NCBI RefSeq assembly: GCF_001194135.2
Contig: NC_068983.1
Span: 53,404,280-53,468,279 of the forward strand
Reading direction: 5' to 3'
DNA length: 64,000 bases
Origin: Octopus bimaculoides
Taxonomy: Eukaryota
Within the stretch, counting starts at the first letter, position 1. Each line of letters starts with the position of its first letter. Shown one piece after another: positions 1-13,500 of the stretch. Both the position numbers and the translations under genes were made by a program. Below the pieces are notes generated by a model. That model did not search any database. It was not told where the DNA came from and worked only from the letters and a program-made list of their open reading frames with translations.

Positions 1-393
1 GAATTGTGGTTACACAAGTTCAAGAGTTGGTAATCGTTGCATTTACTTGCAGAACAGAACTTTAAGAGTTAATAAATGGTTAACAATACATATCAATAAC
101 AGTATAGAACAATAAAACAACAACAACAACAACAACAAAGAATAATACTAATAAAGTGAGCTGTCCAATGTCATCAAAGATAGGAATGAGATTAAATGTC
201 TTCACGTAGACATCTCGCAAAAGTCTGACCACATGACTTAACTGTTAGTTAGAAAAAAGCCATTAGTTAGAAAATTTATTGAAAAACCAATGATACAGAA
301 GAAAGTGTATGTGAATTGCAACCAAATGCTGAATTAACTGGCCAATTATGAACACCAGGCATTGACAATCAAAATAACTAACCTCTCTTTCTA

Positions 394-426
<33 letters not shown>

Positions 427-1127
427 NNNNNNNNNNNNNNNNNNNNNNNNNNNNNNNNNNNNNNNNNNNNNNNNNNNNNNNNNNNNNNNNNNNNNNNNNN
501 NNNNNNNNNNNNNNNNNNNNNNNNNNNNNNNNNNNNNNNNNNNNNNNNNNNNNNNNNNNNNNNNNNNNNNNNNNNNNNNNNNNNNNNNNNNNNNNNNNNN
601 NNNNNNNNNNNNNNNNNNNNNNNNNNNNNNNNNNNNNNNNNNNNNNNNNNNNNNNNNNNNNNNNNNNNNNNNNNNNNNNNNNNNNNNNNNNNNNNNNNNN
701 NNNNNNNNNNNNNNNNNNNNNNNNNNNNNNNNNNNNNNNNNNNNNNNNNNNNNNNNNNNNNNNNNNNNNNNNNNNNNNNNNNNNNNNNNNNNNNNNNNNN
801 NNNNNNNNNNNNNNNNNNNNNNNNNNNNNNNNNNNNNNNNNNNNNNNNNNNNNNNNNNNNNNNNNNNNNNNNNNNNNNNNNNNNNNNNNNNNNNNNNNNN
901 NNNNNNNNNNNNNNNNNNNNNNNNNNNNNNNNNNNNNNNNNNNNNNNNNNNNNNNNNNNNNNNNNNNNNNNNNNNNNNNNNNNNNNNNNNNNNNNNNNNN
1001 NNNNNNNNNNNNNNNNNNNNNNNNNNNNNNNNNNNNNNNNNNNNNNNNNNNNNNNNNNNNNNNNNNNNNNNNNNNNNNNNNNNNNNNNNNNNNNNNNNNN
1101 NNNNNNNNNNNNNNNNNNNNNNNNNNN
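427..1127. other. Assembly gap (701 N); other gaps at 17774-17783, 20670-20846, 28062-28071, 37793-38260, 61730-61775
   Basis: Runs of N, mostly adjacent to microsatellites or repeats. Confidence 1.
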
Positions 1128-1252
1128 ACCAACCACATCGTTCCAAGTTCATTCACAGTGCATGGCACCTAGGGCAAGTGTCTTCTACTATAGCCTCGGG
1201 CCGACTAAAGCTTTATGAGTGGATTTTGGTAGACAGAAACTGAAAGAAGTTG

Positions 1253-1283
<31 letters not shown>

Positions 1284-1510
1284 GTATGTATATATGTGTG
1301 TGTGTTTGCGTGTCTGTGTTTGTCCCCACTCCATTGCTTGACAACCGATGTCAGTGTGTTTGTGTCCCTGTAACTTAGCGGTTTGGCAAAAGACACCGGT
1401 AGAATAAGTACTAGGCTTACAAAGAATAAGTCCTAGGGTCGATTCATTCAACTATATATGTGGTGCTCCAGCATGGCCACAGTCAAATGACTAAAACAAA
1501 TAAAAGAATA
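1128..1510 (+). mobile_element. tRNA-derived SINE, family A (5' head lost in the gap)
   Basis: Shares the ggcacc.tgggcaagtgtcttctactatagcctcgggccgac body, internal TA/TG microsatellite and gactgaaacaagtaaaag-type tail with the other family A copies. Confidence 0.85.
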
Positions 1511-1546
1511 TAAAAAATATATATATATATATATATAAATATATTT

Positions 1547-1587
<41 letters not shown>

Positions 1588-1679
1588 TATATACATATAT
1601 ATATAATCATAGCATTGGGATACACATATATACCAACCAGAAACCTTGCTTCAAATCAGTTGCAGTGGAAGTGCATCAG

Positions 1680-1940
1680 TGACTTGTTTGCAGTTCTTGC
1701 CCAAGAAACTCAATGGCTAAATGGTTTTTCGTCCTCACACATTGAAAGGAGAGCACTCCTTAAGACATCCAGAGACTCAGTAAGAATAACTGCATTATCA
1801 ACAAAATTCAGGTCAGTAATCGTAGTTTCGCCAGTGAGTGCATCACAATTTGATTAAGCCACCATTTAGCCAAGAATCTAATCCATACAGACTAGCATGG
1901 ATGAGAGTCACAACACAACCCTGACAGCCCACAGATCTTA
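1680..1940 (-). mobile_element. RTE-clade LINE reverse-transcriptase relic
   Basis: Minus strand: QGCVV, then CMD*ILG*MVA*SNCDALTGETTITDLNFVDNAVILTESLDVLRSALLSMCEDEKP, a decayed ITDLDFADDAVI RT core. Confidence 0.75.
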
Positions 1941-2339
1941 CTGGAAAATATGGAAGCAATAAAAAAGAAAAATGATAGAAACAACATTAATGCTTACACC
2001 TTTAGACACAATCTAATACCAAGGCCTTTAGAAATAGACTAAGAAATAGCCCTGCCAGGCATAAGACCCACACCCTATGCAAAAGAGTACCACTCACAAA
2101 ATATATTTTCTGCTCAAGTCACACAGTCGTTATTCTGTAAATTAACACAACACAGCGCATATACACAAAAGAAAAATAAACAGAGGAAACACAAAGTAAT
2201 ATCAGAAAAAAACAAAACAAAACAAACCTCAGAACAAAATAAAACATTTAACAAAAACACCATTCCACATCACAAAAACAAAATACATTTCTGCATACAT
2301 TTCAAAAATACCTGATAGTGCATCAGTAACTGCATGAAG

Positions 2340-2396
2340 CTGTTAAAAAATATAATGATGTTACTACTACTACTACTACTACTGATAATGATAATA

Positions 2397-2442
<46 letters not shown>

Positions 2443-2470
2443 GATCGATTTCTGACATAATAATAATAAT
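2340..2470. repeat. (ACT)n/(AAT)n microsatellite
   Basis: Directly visible trinucleotide run. Confidence 0.97.
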
Positions 2471-5400
2471 ATTGATCTTGTATCATTTAACCACTATTGA
2501 TCAGACAATACCAGATTACAAAATGTTTGTTAACCCTTCAACTATTTGGACAATTTTCAACAATATCTTTCTCATCATCATTTCACATTTATACCTCAAT
2601 GTTTCTCTGTCTGCTAATATAATTCCACACTGTGTTTTTTGTTGTTTTTTTTTTTCTTTCTCTTTCTGTTAATCATTTTGCTCACTTGCTGTCAACCTCT
2701 GCCATTTCACTACCTATGCTGCCAATCACTATTGGCACAATCTTTACCACATTCATTCTTGCTTTTATTCATCTCAAAAGTTAGATACTGGTCTGCTTCC
2801 AGTTTATCTCTACTTTCCTTGAATTTATTTCTCTTCTGAACAGCTTATATCAATAATCCATCATAAAATTAAATCTGATTTTCTCTTTCTGGCTTCTTAG
2901 CATGTACTGTTTTAGCTTCCATCACCATTTATTTTCCTTCTTCTCTTTCACAGTTCCTCATATCCTAACTTGTCTTATGTCACTGTATAATTCTTTTTTT
3001 CTTTTTCTCTTCTTACTAATCCCCCTTTTCTTTGTCCCAGCTACTAATAAGATCACCAAAGCCTCGATATATTTCCTATCTACTCTTCCCAGTGTATTAC
3101 TTACCCCCAGATAGTTTATAACAAACTGATTCCTTTTATTCATTGCACATCCTACAGACATCTGTTGTCATGTTCGTTTCTTTAACAATAAAATTAGGAT
3201 CCACATACTGGAACAGTGATTGATCCTAGATCGAAAATAGCAGTCCACCTCTGATTACTGGCATCAAAAACAATAACAAAAATATCACTGCCAGATCAAC
3301 AAACTCTTGCTTACTGAAAAATATTCAATTCTTGAAAGTGTTTATACCACTATTATAATTATCTCTGCTCTTCAGAAATAGAAAATTATACTGTATCTCT
3401 ACTTTATTCTATCCTTTGCAGCTTACTTCTAGGAAAAAGAAATAAAGCTGATCTTATTTCTACCTTTGTTCTTGCATACTAATGATGTAAAAGGTTTTTC
3501 TTAAATCCATATTATAGCCATGACTTATTAGATCTAAGATATTAAGTATTTTACTTTGTGATTCTGTGGTCTTTTGTAATATATTCAATCTCCTATGCAC
3601 AATTATTTATTTCACATTTCTTTTTGTTTTTTTCATTACTAAAACTCACTTCCTCTCTCTCTCTCTCTCTCTCAACCCAGTATCCTAACTTCCCTTTTAA
3701 CATAATTGTGTTCTTTTGTTATGTCTCTTTTATTCCATTCTGATCCATCCACTCTCAGACATTGCCGCATAACATGCCTTTCTTATTTTTATTTTCTTAT
3801 TGTACATTTTTTCATGCTCTTGACAATTCTGCTTCTATCCTTTGTTGGCATTTATAACCATTCTCTTGTTTCCATGTTATTTAAAGAAAATGTCTGAATA
3901 TTATATTCTTGGCTAGAGGTAGAATTTCTTTTACTTGAGCCCACAGAACTGAAGAGCAGATCTGTTCATGTTAGTATTTCAATTCAAAAAATACAATCAC
4001 CCAAGTTACTTATAATTTATAGTTCAGAAAGACACTTCCTACCTAACCATCCTTTCTCTTTCCAGCTAGCTATTGTTGATTTACATTATATTTTATCTCC
4101 TTAGAGTACACTTTTACAATTAGCTAGTTCCCTTTTTGTCAGTGTACTACCCTTCAGATTATAAACATTTTCTTCCAGCACATATTCTCTTATTTTTGTA
4201 TTAGATTCAGTTACATTAGTTGGTTAAATTCCAAATAAAGAACATGCTACTATCATAAATCAAAAGTATATAGGACTCTCCTTAATCAATATGAATGAAT
4301 ATGTTGGAGACAGATTTGAATCTCTCATGTATTAAACATATGAGATTTCAGTAGCACTCTTAAGAAACACTATAAACAACTTTCTATTTTCTAAATTATC
4401 TAATATAGACATCTTAGATCTCTTACATATTAGTTTCATTCATTATATATCGCAAGTTTAATTAATTATAATGCTTAATTTATTTTGCTGTGTTTCTCTA
4501 ATTGAATAAAATATGAAACATTAGGTCATCATTATTCTATCAAGCTGCATTGAAAAGATGAAAGAAGAATAGTTCAAGAGTTTTAAAGAAAATTGTCAGT
4601 TTGTTCCTCATCAATCATAAGATTGTTGAGATGAGAATCACAATTAAGAATTATTTACTTTATAAAGAAAAGAAAAGTAAATTTCTTTATTCTAGAAAGC
4701 TTTGCTATAAAAAAAAATATCAATATAACTTTCAGAATTGTAGTTTTAAAATGTTTAAATAAAACAATCTAATTAGAGGTTTTTTTTTCTTTTGTTTGCT
4801 TTTCTTTTTAATTACTTACTACACAGCTATTCAAAATTTCAACTCTGAAGTACATTAAAGAATAATTATCTAAAATATACTTGATAGAAAAAGCAATCAG
4901 CATGGTTTTTGTAATGCTGTAATATTATATATACTCTGGTGTTTATATAATCAGCTATTTGTTTATATAATCAAATATTTTGGCAAACATATTTGTCTTA
5001 GTGAATATCTTTCATACCTTTACCTGTTTTTACTGCCTATCAGCCCAAAACCACCTCTGACTATGATACACACTTTATGTTTTAAAGTGATCTAAATTAA
5101 AACCTTCCAACAAATTTGTGTTCCAAACACCAGTTTTACTAAATTCTTTTTTTTTAATCAATTCAAACAAAGGTAGTATATAATAATAATAAAGTGCTCA
5201 GTGTTTCTCAATTAAAAATCATTGTCTTCTTTATAAGTTCTACTTTCATTTTATGCACTTTATAAGGATATCAATTCTAAGAGGCATTACCAACGATTTG
5301 AGCCAGAAGTTTCATTTTTACTTTCGGCAGTCAGTTGTTTTTAAACACATCTGTGAAATAAGAGAAACATTTTAATTATTTGTGAACAACTCACAAAACG

Positions 5401-5599
5401 AAGCTCACCAAATACGTCATGTTTCAGTGTATTTGCTCTGGTTGTTGTTGCATATTTCTTTTAAAGATTTTGTCACTTCTATTCAAGCAGATCTCTAAGA
5501 CATTAAGATTTCAGTTGAATGTTTTACTAGATTTAAACACTGAAGCCTTCAGTTTAATTCTTCCTGTGTTTTCAAGCACATTGAGCAGCAAGTCGACTA

Positions 5600-6190
5600 C
5601 ACTGGTTTCTGGGTGGTTGTGGTTTTCTCTGTATCCAGTCATCTGATATTGGCCTCTCTTATGTCAGTTGTAAATATTCTGTGCAACATAGTTTTCAGTA
5701 TTCCTCTCTTTTTCTTTCCTGTGGTGTCCATTTGAAAGCCATTTTAGAATGGCATTGTTCTGACAGCCACAGTATGTATCCTGCTAGTTTTAATTTTCAT
5801 TTAGTGATGATTTTACAAAATGGTTTTGCGTTGACTCTCTTTAGAACATCTTCATTGTTACATGGTCTTGCCAGTACATTCTCAAAATCTTTCTCATGCA
5901 TTTTGGGGTGGAAAACATCTAGCTTTCTGTCGATTTTTGATGGTGCTCTTCCATGTCTCACTGGCATAGAGAACTCTAGGTAGAACTTTGATAATATTGA
6001 GCCAGATCATTGTAGGTAAATCAGGAATGTTGAAAGATCAGAGAGCACATATTCTTTAATGTATGGCCATAGCTTTGCCAGTTCCTTGAGTGACGTCAGT
6101 CTCAATATCACCATGGTTACTGATGCTGCTACTCAGACAGGTAAACTTGTCTATGTCTCAATATTTCACTGAACACTGTCAGGCAATATA
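5600..6190 (-). mobile_element. RTE-clade LINE ORF C-terminal relic
   Basis: Minus strand: DKFTCLSSSIS, LYASETWKST and a frameshifted WTP..KRKRG..KT, the typical post-RT motifs (F.YLGS; LLYG.ETW; W.P.GKR.RGRP). Confidence 0.7.
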
Positions 6191-6829
6191 TATGTAGCAA
6201 GTATATTAGTACAGCTAGCAAATGTTGCCTTTATTTGACTCTTGATTTTGCTTTACATATCCAGAGATTACAGTGTATGATTGAATTAAGCTCTTCAAGT
6301 TTTCTCTGAGGGATGTGGTTCATAGGTTTATTTAGATGTATTAGCATTGCAAACCAGATAAAATAAATATTTTGAAACTTAGAAGAGACTACATCGTAAG
6401 AATCTAGGTATGACAATATTCATCAGGTTTAATTGGCAGTAAGAAAAAAAAAATAGATTAGAAGATTTGTGATTGATGTACATCAAAAGAATAAGAAGTA
6501 TGAACTGGTATTGATATCTAGTGTGTCAGAGGAAATGGGATATCATTAATGAAAAATGTTTCTGGAAGAATATGGACACACATGTTATCACTGCTAATAG
6601 AAGTGTCAGAACATGATGTTGATGAATGAGTATGAAGGCCAGAAGAAAATTTTTCTATTTTGTGATTTAGAAACGTTTAGAAAAATGATTAGGGCTGTAA
6701 AATTAGTTAGAAATACTGCAAGGATTTGGGGATTAATTGCCAAGTTATGGAAAACTTCAATGTGAATGATAGTAATTATTTAGTCAACATCTGTAATCAT
6801 AAACTAATTACAGCTAATATGCATACATA

Positions 6830-6940
<111 letters not shown>

Positions 6941-7228
6941 TAATATATACTTTTGTTATTTACACCACCTGTCCTCGTCTGTTGTTATTTTTTGTATATT
7001 CTCCCATATATATATGTATATATATATATATATGTATGTATGTATTTACATGTATAAATATCTTAGAAATATATATATATAAATGTGTGTGTGTGAGATT
7101 GTGAAGAATATATATTGTTTCCATCTTTCTCAAATACATGCATGCAAATACACATACACACACTGGTTTGTGGAGGAAGTATATTGTTTGTTTTTCTTGC
7201 TTCTTCCTCCATAGGCAGGACCCAGTCC

Positions 7229-7261
<33 letters not shown>

Positions 7262-7362
7262 ATGTGCACATGCACGCACGCATGTGTATGCATGGGCTGT
7301 TTGTAGTGACTTGTATGAAGCAGTCGTTACATTTTGATCAACCATTACATACATGTTTACAT

Positions 7363-7752
7363 ACTCTTTACTCTTTTACTTGTTTCAGTCATTTGACTGC
7401 GACCATGCTGGGGCACCGCTTTTAGTCGAGCAAATCGACTCCAGGACTTATTCTTTATAAGCCTAGTACTTGTTCTATTTATCTCTTTTCGCTGAACCGA
7501 TAAGTTATGGGGACGTAAATACACCAGCATCAGTTGTCAAGCGATGGCGGAAGGACAAACATACATATATATATATAAACATATATACAATGGGCTTCTT
7601 TCAGTTTCCGTCTACCAAATCCACTCATAAGGCTTTGGTCAGCCTGAGGCTATAGTAGAAGACACTTGCCCAAGGTACCATGCAGTGGGACTGAACCCAG
7701 AACCATGTGGTTGGTAAGCAAGCTACTTACCACACAGCCACTCCTGCACCTA
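7363..7752 (-). mobile_element. tRNA-derived SINE, family A
   Basis: Minus-strand head with A box TGGCTGTGTGG and B box GGTTCAGTCC; near-identical to 31403-31812. Confidence 0.92.
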
Positions 7753-8189
7753 TGCTCATATTTATTTTGTATGATCAGGTGAGTGTAACAAGTAACTTAC
7801 GTAATGGGGCTGAATAAATATATAAAGAACAGTGATTTTTCCTACCTTATCTAAGGTATTCTAAGACAGTTGCACTACTATGTTATATTCCTGTTTATAA
7901 ACCTGCCAATTTATCCATCTCTATATCTTCTCTTAATGTACCCTATCATTATTTTTAAGTAACCTTAAAAGCTTAGCCACCACTTGCACATGCATATAAC
8001 ACCTGGTGACTTGTATTTGGTTGCTTTCACCAATTGTTTTAGATGCTTGTGTAGTTGCAAGTGGGCATAAACACCCTGTTAGCCCCTCTCACCCTTTGAC
8101 TCCAACAGAATATCAAAGTTGTGACAGATGGCAGAGGAGGAAGCAGCACCAGCTCTAGACTTGTATTCCTTAGCTAATTAGACAAAAAC

Positions 8190-8292
8190 AACAGGAAATG
8201 AAGCTCTTTGCTCAAGGACACAATGTGCTACCTAGTCCAAGAACTGAACCCATGACCCTATGATCATGATCCCAATACACCATCCTCTAACC
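8190..8292 (-). mobile_element. Old SINE fragment (gtgtcttgctcaaggacacaa-type core)
   Basis: gaaatgaagctctttgctcaaggacacaatg; related fragment at ~32400-32592. Confidence 0.5.
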
Positions 8293-10977
8293 CAAATTCT
8301 TTCATTTATTTTTAAGTTTACCTGACACAATAAGGATGATATTGTTTGCAGAACTGCAGCTACTTTCCTGTATCATTGCTTTAAGTTAGATTTTCCTTAA
8401 GACAACACAATTTTCAAATGAAAAGCATGCTAAATGAATCTGATTTGTGGTCATTCATGCTTCCCTCTCAAACATGTTATTTTAAGAAGAGCTATTAGTT
8501 CCCCCTTGTTTATCCTGCACAACACCCTTCACTAAGTCGACAAGTTGTAGATCTTGATGTGGCATATTGGTTGGAAGTTATCTTAGCTGTTTAGTCAATC
8601 AACTTATTTTGCATGTGTCTAAGGAAGCCACTTAGGACAAATACCAACTACATACAAAAGGTTTCCATTGTACATTCTGTAAATGCTTTTCTTACTTGTA
8701 TATTGAATCATAAGACTAAAAATGTCACCAAGTCAACATTACACTTGGGCAAGCATAAAACTGGTTTATTTGAATATATCATCATTTCAGACAGATATCA
8801 AATACCTTTGAAAACTTGGTACTGTGACAGATTCTTCTCTTGAGAGGTGCAGTAAACTGCTGGTGTTGACTTTTATGGCTGGTCTTTTTGTTTTTCTTTT
8901 TTTCATTTGTCATTTTCATAATTTGTCTTCATGGTAATTTCCTACTGAAAATTTTTTTATTTCCAAACTAGTTTTCTTTGTTAGAACTTCACTAACCAAG
9001 ATACTTGTCTATCACTTTATAGAAGACCAGTGTTCAATGTTTTGTTTTGTTGCTTACCTTCAGGTTATCCCTGATAGAACAGACCTACAACCATATGTAT
9101 TCCAGCCATGACCATCTCTTCTTTAATGTGCAGGACTGCATTATTCAATGTGTTCTCTCCTTTCCAGGATGGTGGGTTTAATTTGAGGAATATTTCACTG
9201 CTACTTTTAGCAGTTCCAGCAACCATATAGAAGGACATTGGCTCCAATATGTGACTACAACTGGCACCACCTTAACAATGAGTATATAGTGTAGACAACC
9301 TTCACCATTAAACTAATCAGCACCTTATCTAAATGCCTCATAGTTGACTCACTATGGGTTTTAACGTGTCATGGTGGCATACAACAATGACCTATTCATT
9401 ATTTGCCAAACAATAATTTATGAGAATTGAGAAGCATTTTAGTCTCACATGTTTTATCTGGTATCTCCTCACAATTTCAATGTGTTTCTTGAAAGCTATT
9501 CTATACCCACACTAACATTAATGAGCCCATCATTTGTATACCCTCAGAAATTTTGGCAGTTACCTCAGAGAAATATTTATTCTGACCCAGTTTGTAATTA
9601 AATTGTATCCAGCCTGTTATCTCTGTTCTGGTTGTCATTCTAATCCCTTTGCAAACCCTCTCTGGCCATTTGATAGGGATTAGAATGAATGACTTAATAA
9701 ACAGAACATTCATAGTCATGTAGTAAAACCCGACAGTGACTGTGGGTTAGAAAGCTTGCTTTCACTGATGCCTAATGCATTTTAACCAAATGATAAGAGA
9801 TTATGCAATAGCTGTGTCTTGAATACAACAATCCTTCATAATCCTATACCTGGATTAAAAGGGGATACTTACATGGAAAGACTGTCAGTTTGTCATTAAT
9901 GTTCTCCTTGCTCTACCTGCTTCATTCTCTTCTGTCCTGCTGTTTCCTAGTCTTAAGTAGTGGATGGTGAGCATTTCTAGCTTTCTTTTTTCCCCCCTTG
10001 AACTCTTTGCTACTCTTCCTGTTTCTTTAGATACACAGGAAATTACTTTACTAAGATGGATCCTTCATGGAGATTATTTGACCTTATAAAGTCTGATGAC
10101 CATCTCTTCCATCTACTGCAAGAAGAAGAAACTGTCTCCCCATTACAGTTTATACCATCTTAGATTAGAATGTCACTAAAATAGCAGTTATGATATTTTT
10201 CTTTAGTTCATCTACATTTGTTATGGAATTTCTTTTTTTTTTTTTTGCTGCTATTATTATGAACCCTGAGTATTATTACTGTTGTTGTTGATGATGATGA
10301 TGATGATGCTATTGCATTTGTTATTATTGTTTTCATCTTAGTGCTATTTTCCTTTTAATTATAACATTCTATCTATTCTTTAATGTCCTCTGTATTTTGA
10401 GTGCTTAATCTTTGCTTTCATTTTCATTAATGGAGGAAAATGTCAAAGCTATAAAGAAAAATAGTTATAAAAAAAAGACAATATATTTTATTTACTTTAA
10501 TTTTGTTTTCATTTAAGAATTTAATTATTTAATTTAAGCACATTAAAAATAACCTTGCTATAACCTTTCTCACTCACCAGCAGTCACTGTCTACCAATGC
10601 TCTTATGTTTTACACTTAAGGAAACATGGTTGAAAGTGTGTGTTCTCAAGTGTTACTTTTCAGGTGTCGATAACAACAGAAACTGAAGCACCAAACCATT
10701 TCTGTTTTCGAGAGACTCTCAGATCAAATACTTTTGAATAACCCTTCCCAAATTTCTTTTTGAATTCAATGTTCCATGAATGTTAAAACTTCACAAATGC
10801 TGATTGTTGTACATCTTTTGTTCATATAATGTACTATGAGGCGATATTCTTCTGTTGGAGTACTGAGGTTTAATTATTGCATTTGATGGTTTATAAGATA
10901 CACTATTTTTCCCAAAATATGTCTCAAAAAACTCACCTTGGGTCCTGTATGTGAAGTTAGGCTCCCATAAGCTTCAA

Positions 10978-11198
10978 GCCTTTCGTTACCAACCCAGCTG
11001 AAACTGGCTCTGGCTCTGTAGTACAAATGTCTTGTTTTCATAAGTTTTAAATTAAAATCTTCCACCAAAACTTAGTTACAATTTATGTTTCTAACACTAG
11101 CTTAATGATAACTAAGTTATTTTACTAAATTCTTTGTTATATTTAAAGTAATTGAAAGAAACACAGAGCATCTCAAAATGAATACAGAAACAAAAGTG
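10978..11198. mobile_element. Degenerate piggyBac-type (TTAA) MITE
   Basis: Left gcctttcgttacc and right cagaaacaaaagtg|ttaa approximate CCCTTTCGTTAC / GTAACGAAAGGG TIRs; TTAA at 11199-11202. Confidence 0.55.
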
Positions 11199-12399
11199 TT
11201 AATGCACTAACTTTTTTTTTTTTTCTTGAATATGTATGGCTGAAATTGGGGTGCCGTGAATACGTCCCTGTATCTATTATGTCATCAAATACAGTTGTTG
11301 TATTTATCATTACTTATCTCCACTTGTGAAGTGCACAATGAAAAGAGATAGTATTTTTCAAACAATTTCTTTCTAAATAGGAATAACTTCACACCCTACA
11401 TAGATTAACACACACACACACACACACACACACATATTCTGAAGAATGAATTTTTTTGTTCCCTTTTCCCTTTTCCATTCTAAAAGTTACCAAACTTGCT
11501 TGATGTTTGATCTTCTCTATCTCTCTTCTCATTTTGATCCTTTTCATGAGATCAAAAATTACTTTGTACTTGAGCTGCTTCTAATTTTTCTATTGATTCT
11601 GCTATCTCTGTTGCTGTTATTATGTAGGCAATGCTACTAGAAATATAGTTGTTATTATTGTTAATATTTTGGGGTTCCTTTTGTCTTTCTGTTGTTTGCT
11701 GCTACTTCTGTTGGTACATTATGTGTTATTGTTGTTTCTACTTTCACAATCAGAATTTTTTATATTTTATATTTTGGTATTTCTGTCAACTATTGCTGGT
11801 GGGTGAGAAAGATTATAGCAAGGTTATTTTTAATGAGCTTAAATTAAATAATTAAATTCTTAAATGAAGAAAAAGATTATAGTAAATAAAATGTATTGTT
11901 TTTGGCTCTTTTCTGTATAACTTTGACATTTTCCCTCCAATAATGAAAAGGCAAGCAAAGATTAAGCAGGGGACATTAAAGACTAGATGAACTGTTATAA
12001 TTATAAGGAAAATTTTGTTAATGAATCTAAAGTTGAAATAGAATCTAAAAAATCAGAATTGGTCTTACAATAATTTTTTAATGGTGTATGCATGATAGAT
12101 AATAGTAATAATTATAATGATTTCATTTATTGGCCAGAGAGGCCTCTGATGTTGAAGACAATACAAACCTAAAGAACAAAAGAAGATCAGAAGAAACAGT
12201 AGAGGGTTTGTGTTGAGTAAAAGGGTAAGATCAAAAAATAACGATGATTCATCAGTAAATCAATAAAGAACAATAGTAATATATAACAGATAAACCACAA
12301 GAACAATTCCCTCAAAATGAGAGGGTAACATTTAGGGTGATTCAAATCACTACACCTAAACGCAACCTGAATTACGATGATGGAACAACTGCAAGTGTC

Positions 12400-13090
12400 T
12401 TTCCCCACTTTTTGCCTCTGTGGTTAACCCATTTAATCATTCTACTTCCACCTGCCTCTTCAAGGGTTTGGTTTAAGATGAAACCTTTCAAATAAATCCA
12501 CCACACCACTTCATTTTTTATAGCTATCATGCAGGTGAAGACAACCCACACTTCCTTGATAGAGGAAGGCAGTGCATCAATCTTTGCCACAGACTCAGCT
12601 TATAGCCAGATCTGCTCAACTGTTGGACATTATGCTCTTAAATTAACAATGCATGGATGGTTTAGTCAACCAGTATACATTTCAGACAGATCTGGTTACT
12701 AACAGCTCCAGTATGGCCATACCAGTACAGTTTATCCCGAACTGATTATAACACTGCTAGACCAAGAACTTTTAGAAATTATCTATAATTCGTTACCTGA
12801 ATATCCTCCAGAAAAGACTACTTAAACTGTCCTTGACAATGTCCAGAATTCCTTTTAGGCCTCCTATCTTCCACTAACCTTCAATAGAATGTGTGAGTTA
12901 ACTTTCCACTTACTGTATTGTCCAGCTAGTAGAGGTCAGCAACCATCTGGCAACATTCTTCATGTTAAACAACCAACCTTAGTCTGCACTTAACTGAAGA
13001 CTACAGCTTAATCAAAGAGGCAACTTGCAGAAATATCGTAGCACAAAAGGTGACCATTCCTGTTCACTGGTATCATTATCTTAGAACATC
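12400..13090 (-). mobile_element. Tx1/L1-clade LINE ORF2 C-terminal relic
   Basis: ORF 12372-12590 peptide KIDALPSSIKEVWVVFTCMIAIKNEVVWWIYLKG...KWVN resembles the FLCLVAVAKE.VWWTRLKG...RWV tail of Tx1-like elements. Confidence 0.55.
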
Positions 13091-13364
13091 ACATTGAAAC
13101 AAGTCTTCCACTGACCCCCCTACTGTTTCGTTCTCCTTCTTTTTTATTCAAGCACCAAATTACACATCACAACTTACCAGGCTTGTGTAGGAAAAGGACT
13201 CTTACCCTCCTGTTTTGACTTTTATTTTATGCTTCTCAGCAAATGGTTCAGAACTCTCATCCTATGACTTTATATAAAGAGCTGCTATCTTCCCAAGACT
13301 TTTCATTTGCCTCATATATACATCTACGAATTGAAGCAAAAGTTCAGGCACAAGTGGTTCTTTC

Positions 13365-13500
13365 CAGTCATCATCATTATCCAGTGTTTTAAATCCTGGT
13401 TTTGTCCCTGTTAACGGGGGTGGCCAGATCTACTTCAATGCCATAGCAACTGCCCTCACATCATCTTGCCACCTTGCCCAGTTTTGGGTATCTCCTCAGG
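13365..13500 (-). mobile_element. Second copy of the RTE 3' end, opposite strand
   Basis: Reverse complement matches 26400-26515 (ggggacaaaa.c.ggatttaaaacactggat.atgatg). Confidence 0.65.

Noticed and set aside
263-1168. Long ORFs 263-1168, 378-1136, 391-1152 (and 20583-21038, 37641-38346, 61632-61907)
   Set aside because: They are open only because they run through N gaps and TA/TG microsatellites.
2270-2672. Poly-Ile/Leu/Ser and YIYI/THTH/CVCV ORFs here and at ~6700-7400, 14577-14782, 16003-16308, 19987-20381, 27672-27980, 46861-47085, 51768-51971, 56693-56875
   Set aside because: Translations of microsatellites; no protein-family motifs.
9064-9290. Candidate upstream exon after ttgcttaccttcag|
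   Set aside because: All + frames stop within 40 codons with no receptor motif; the minus strand has at best a faint Tx1-like RT trace, too weak to call.
10031-10165. Open frame YTGNYFTKMDPSWRLFDLIKSDDHLFHLLQEEETVSP after tttctttag|
   Set aside because: No convincing donor before the stop and no recognisable homology.
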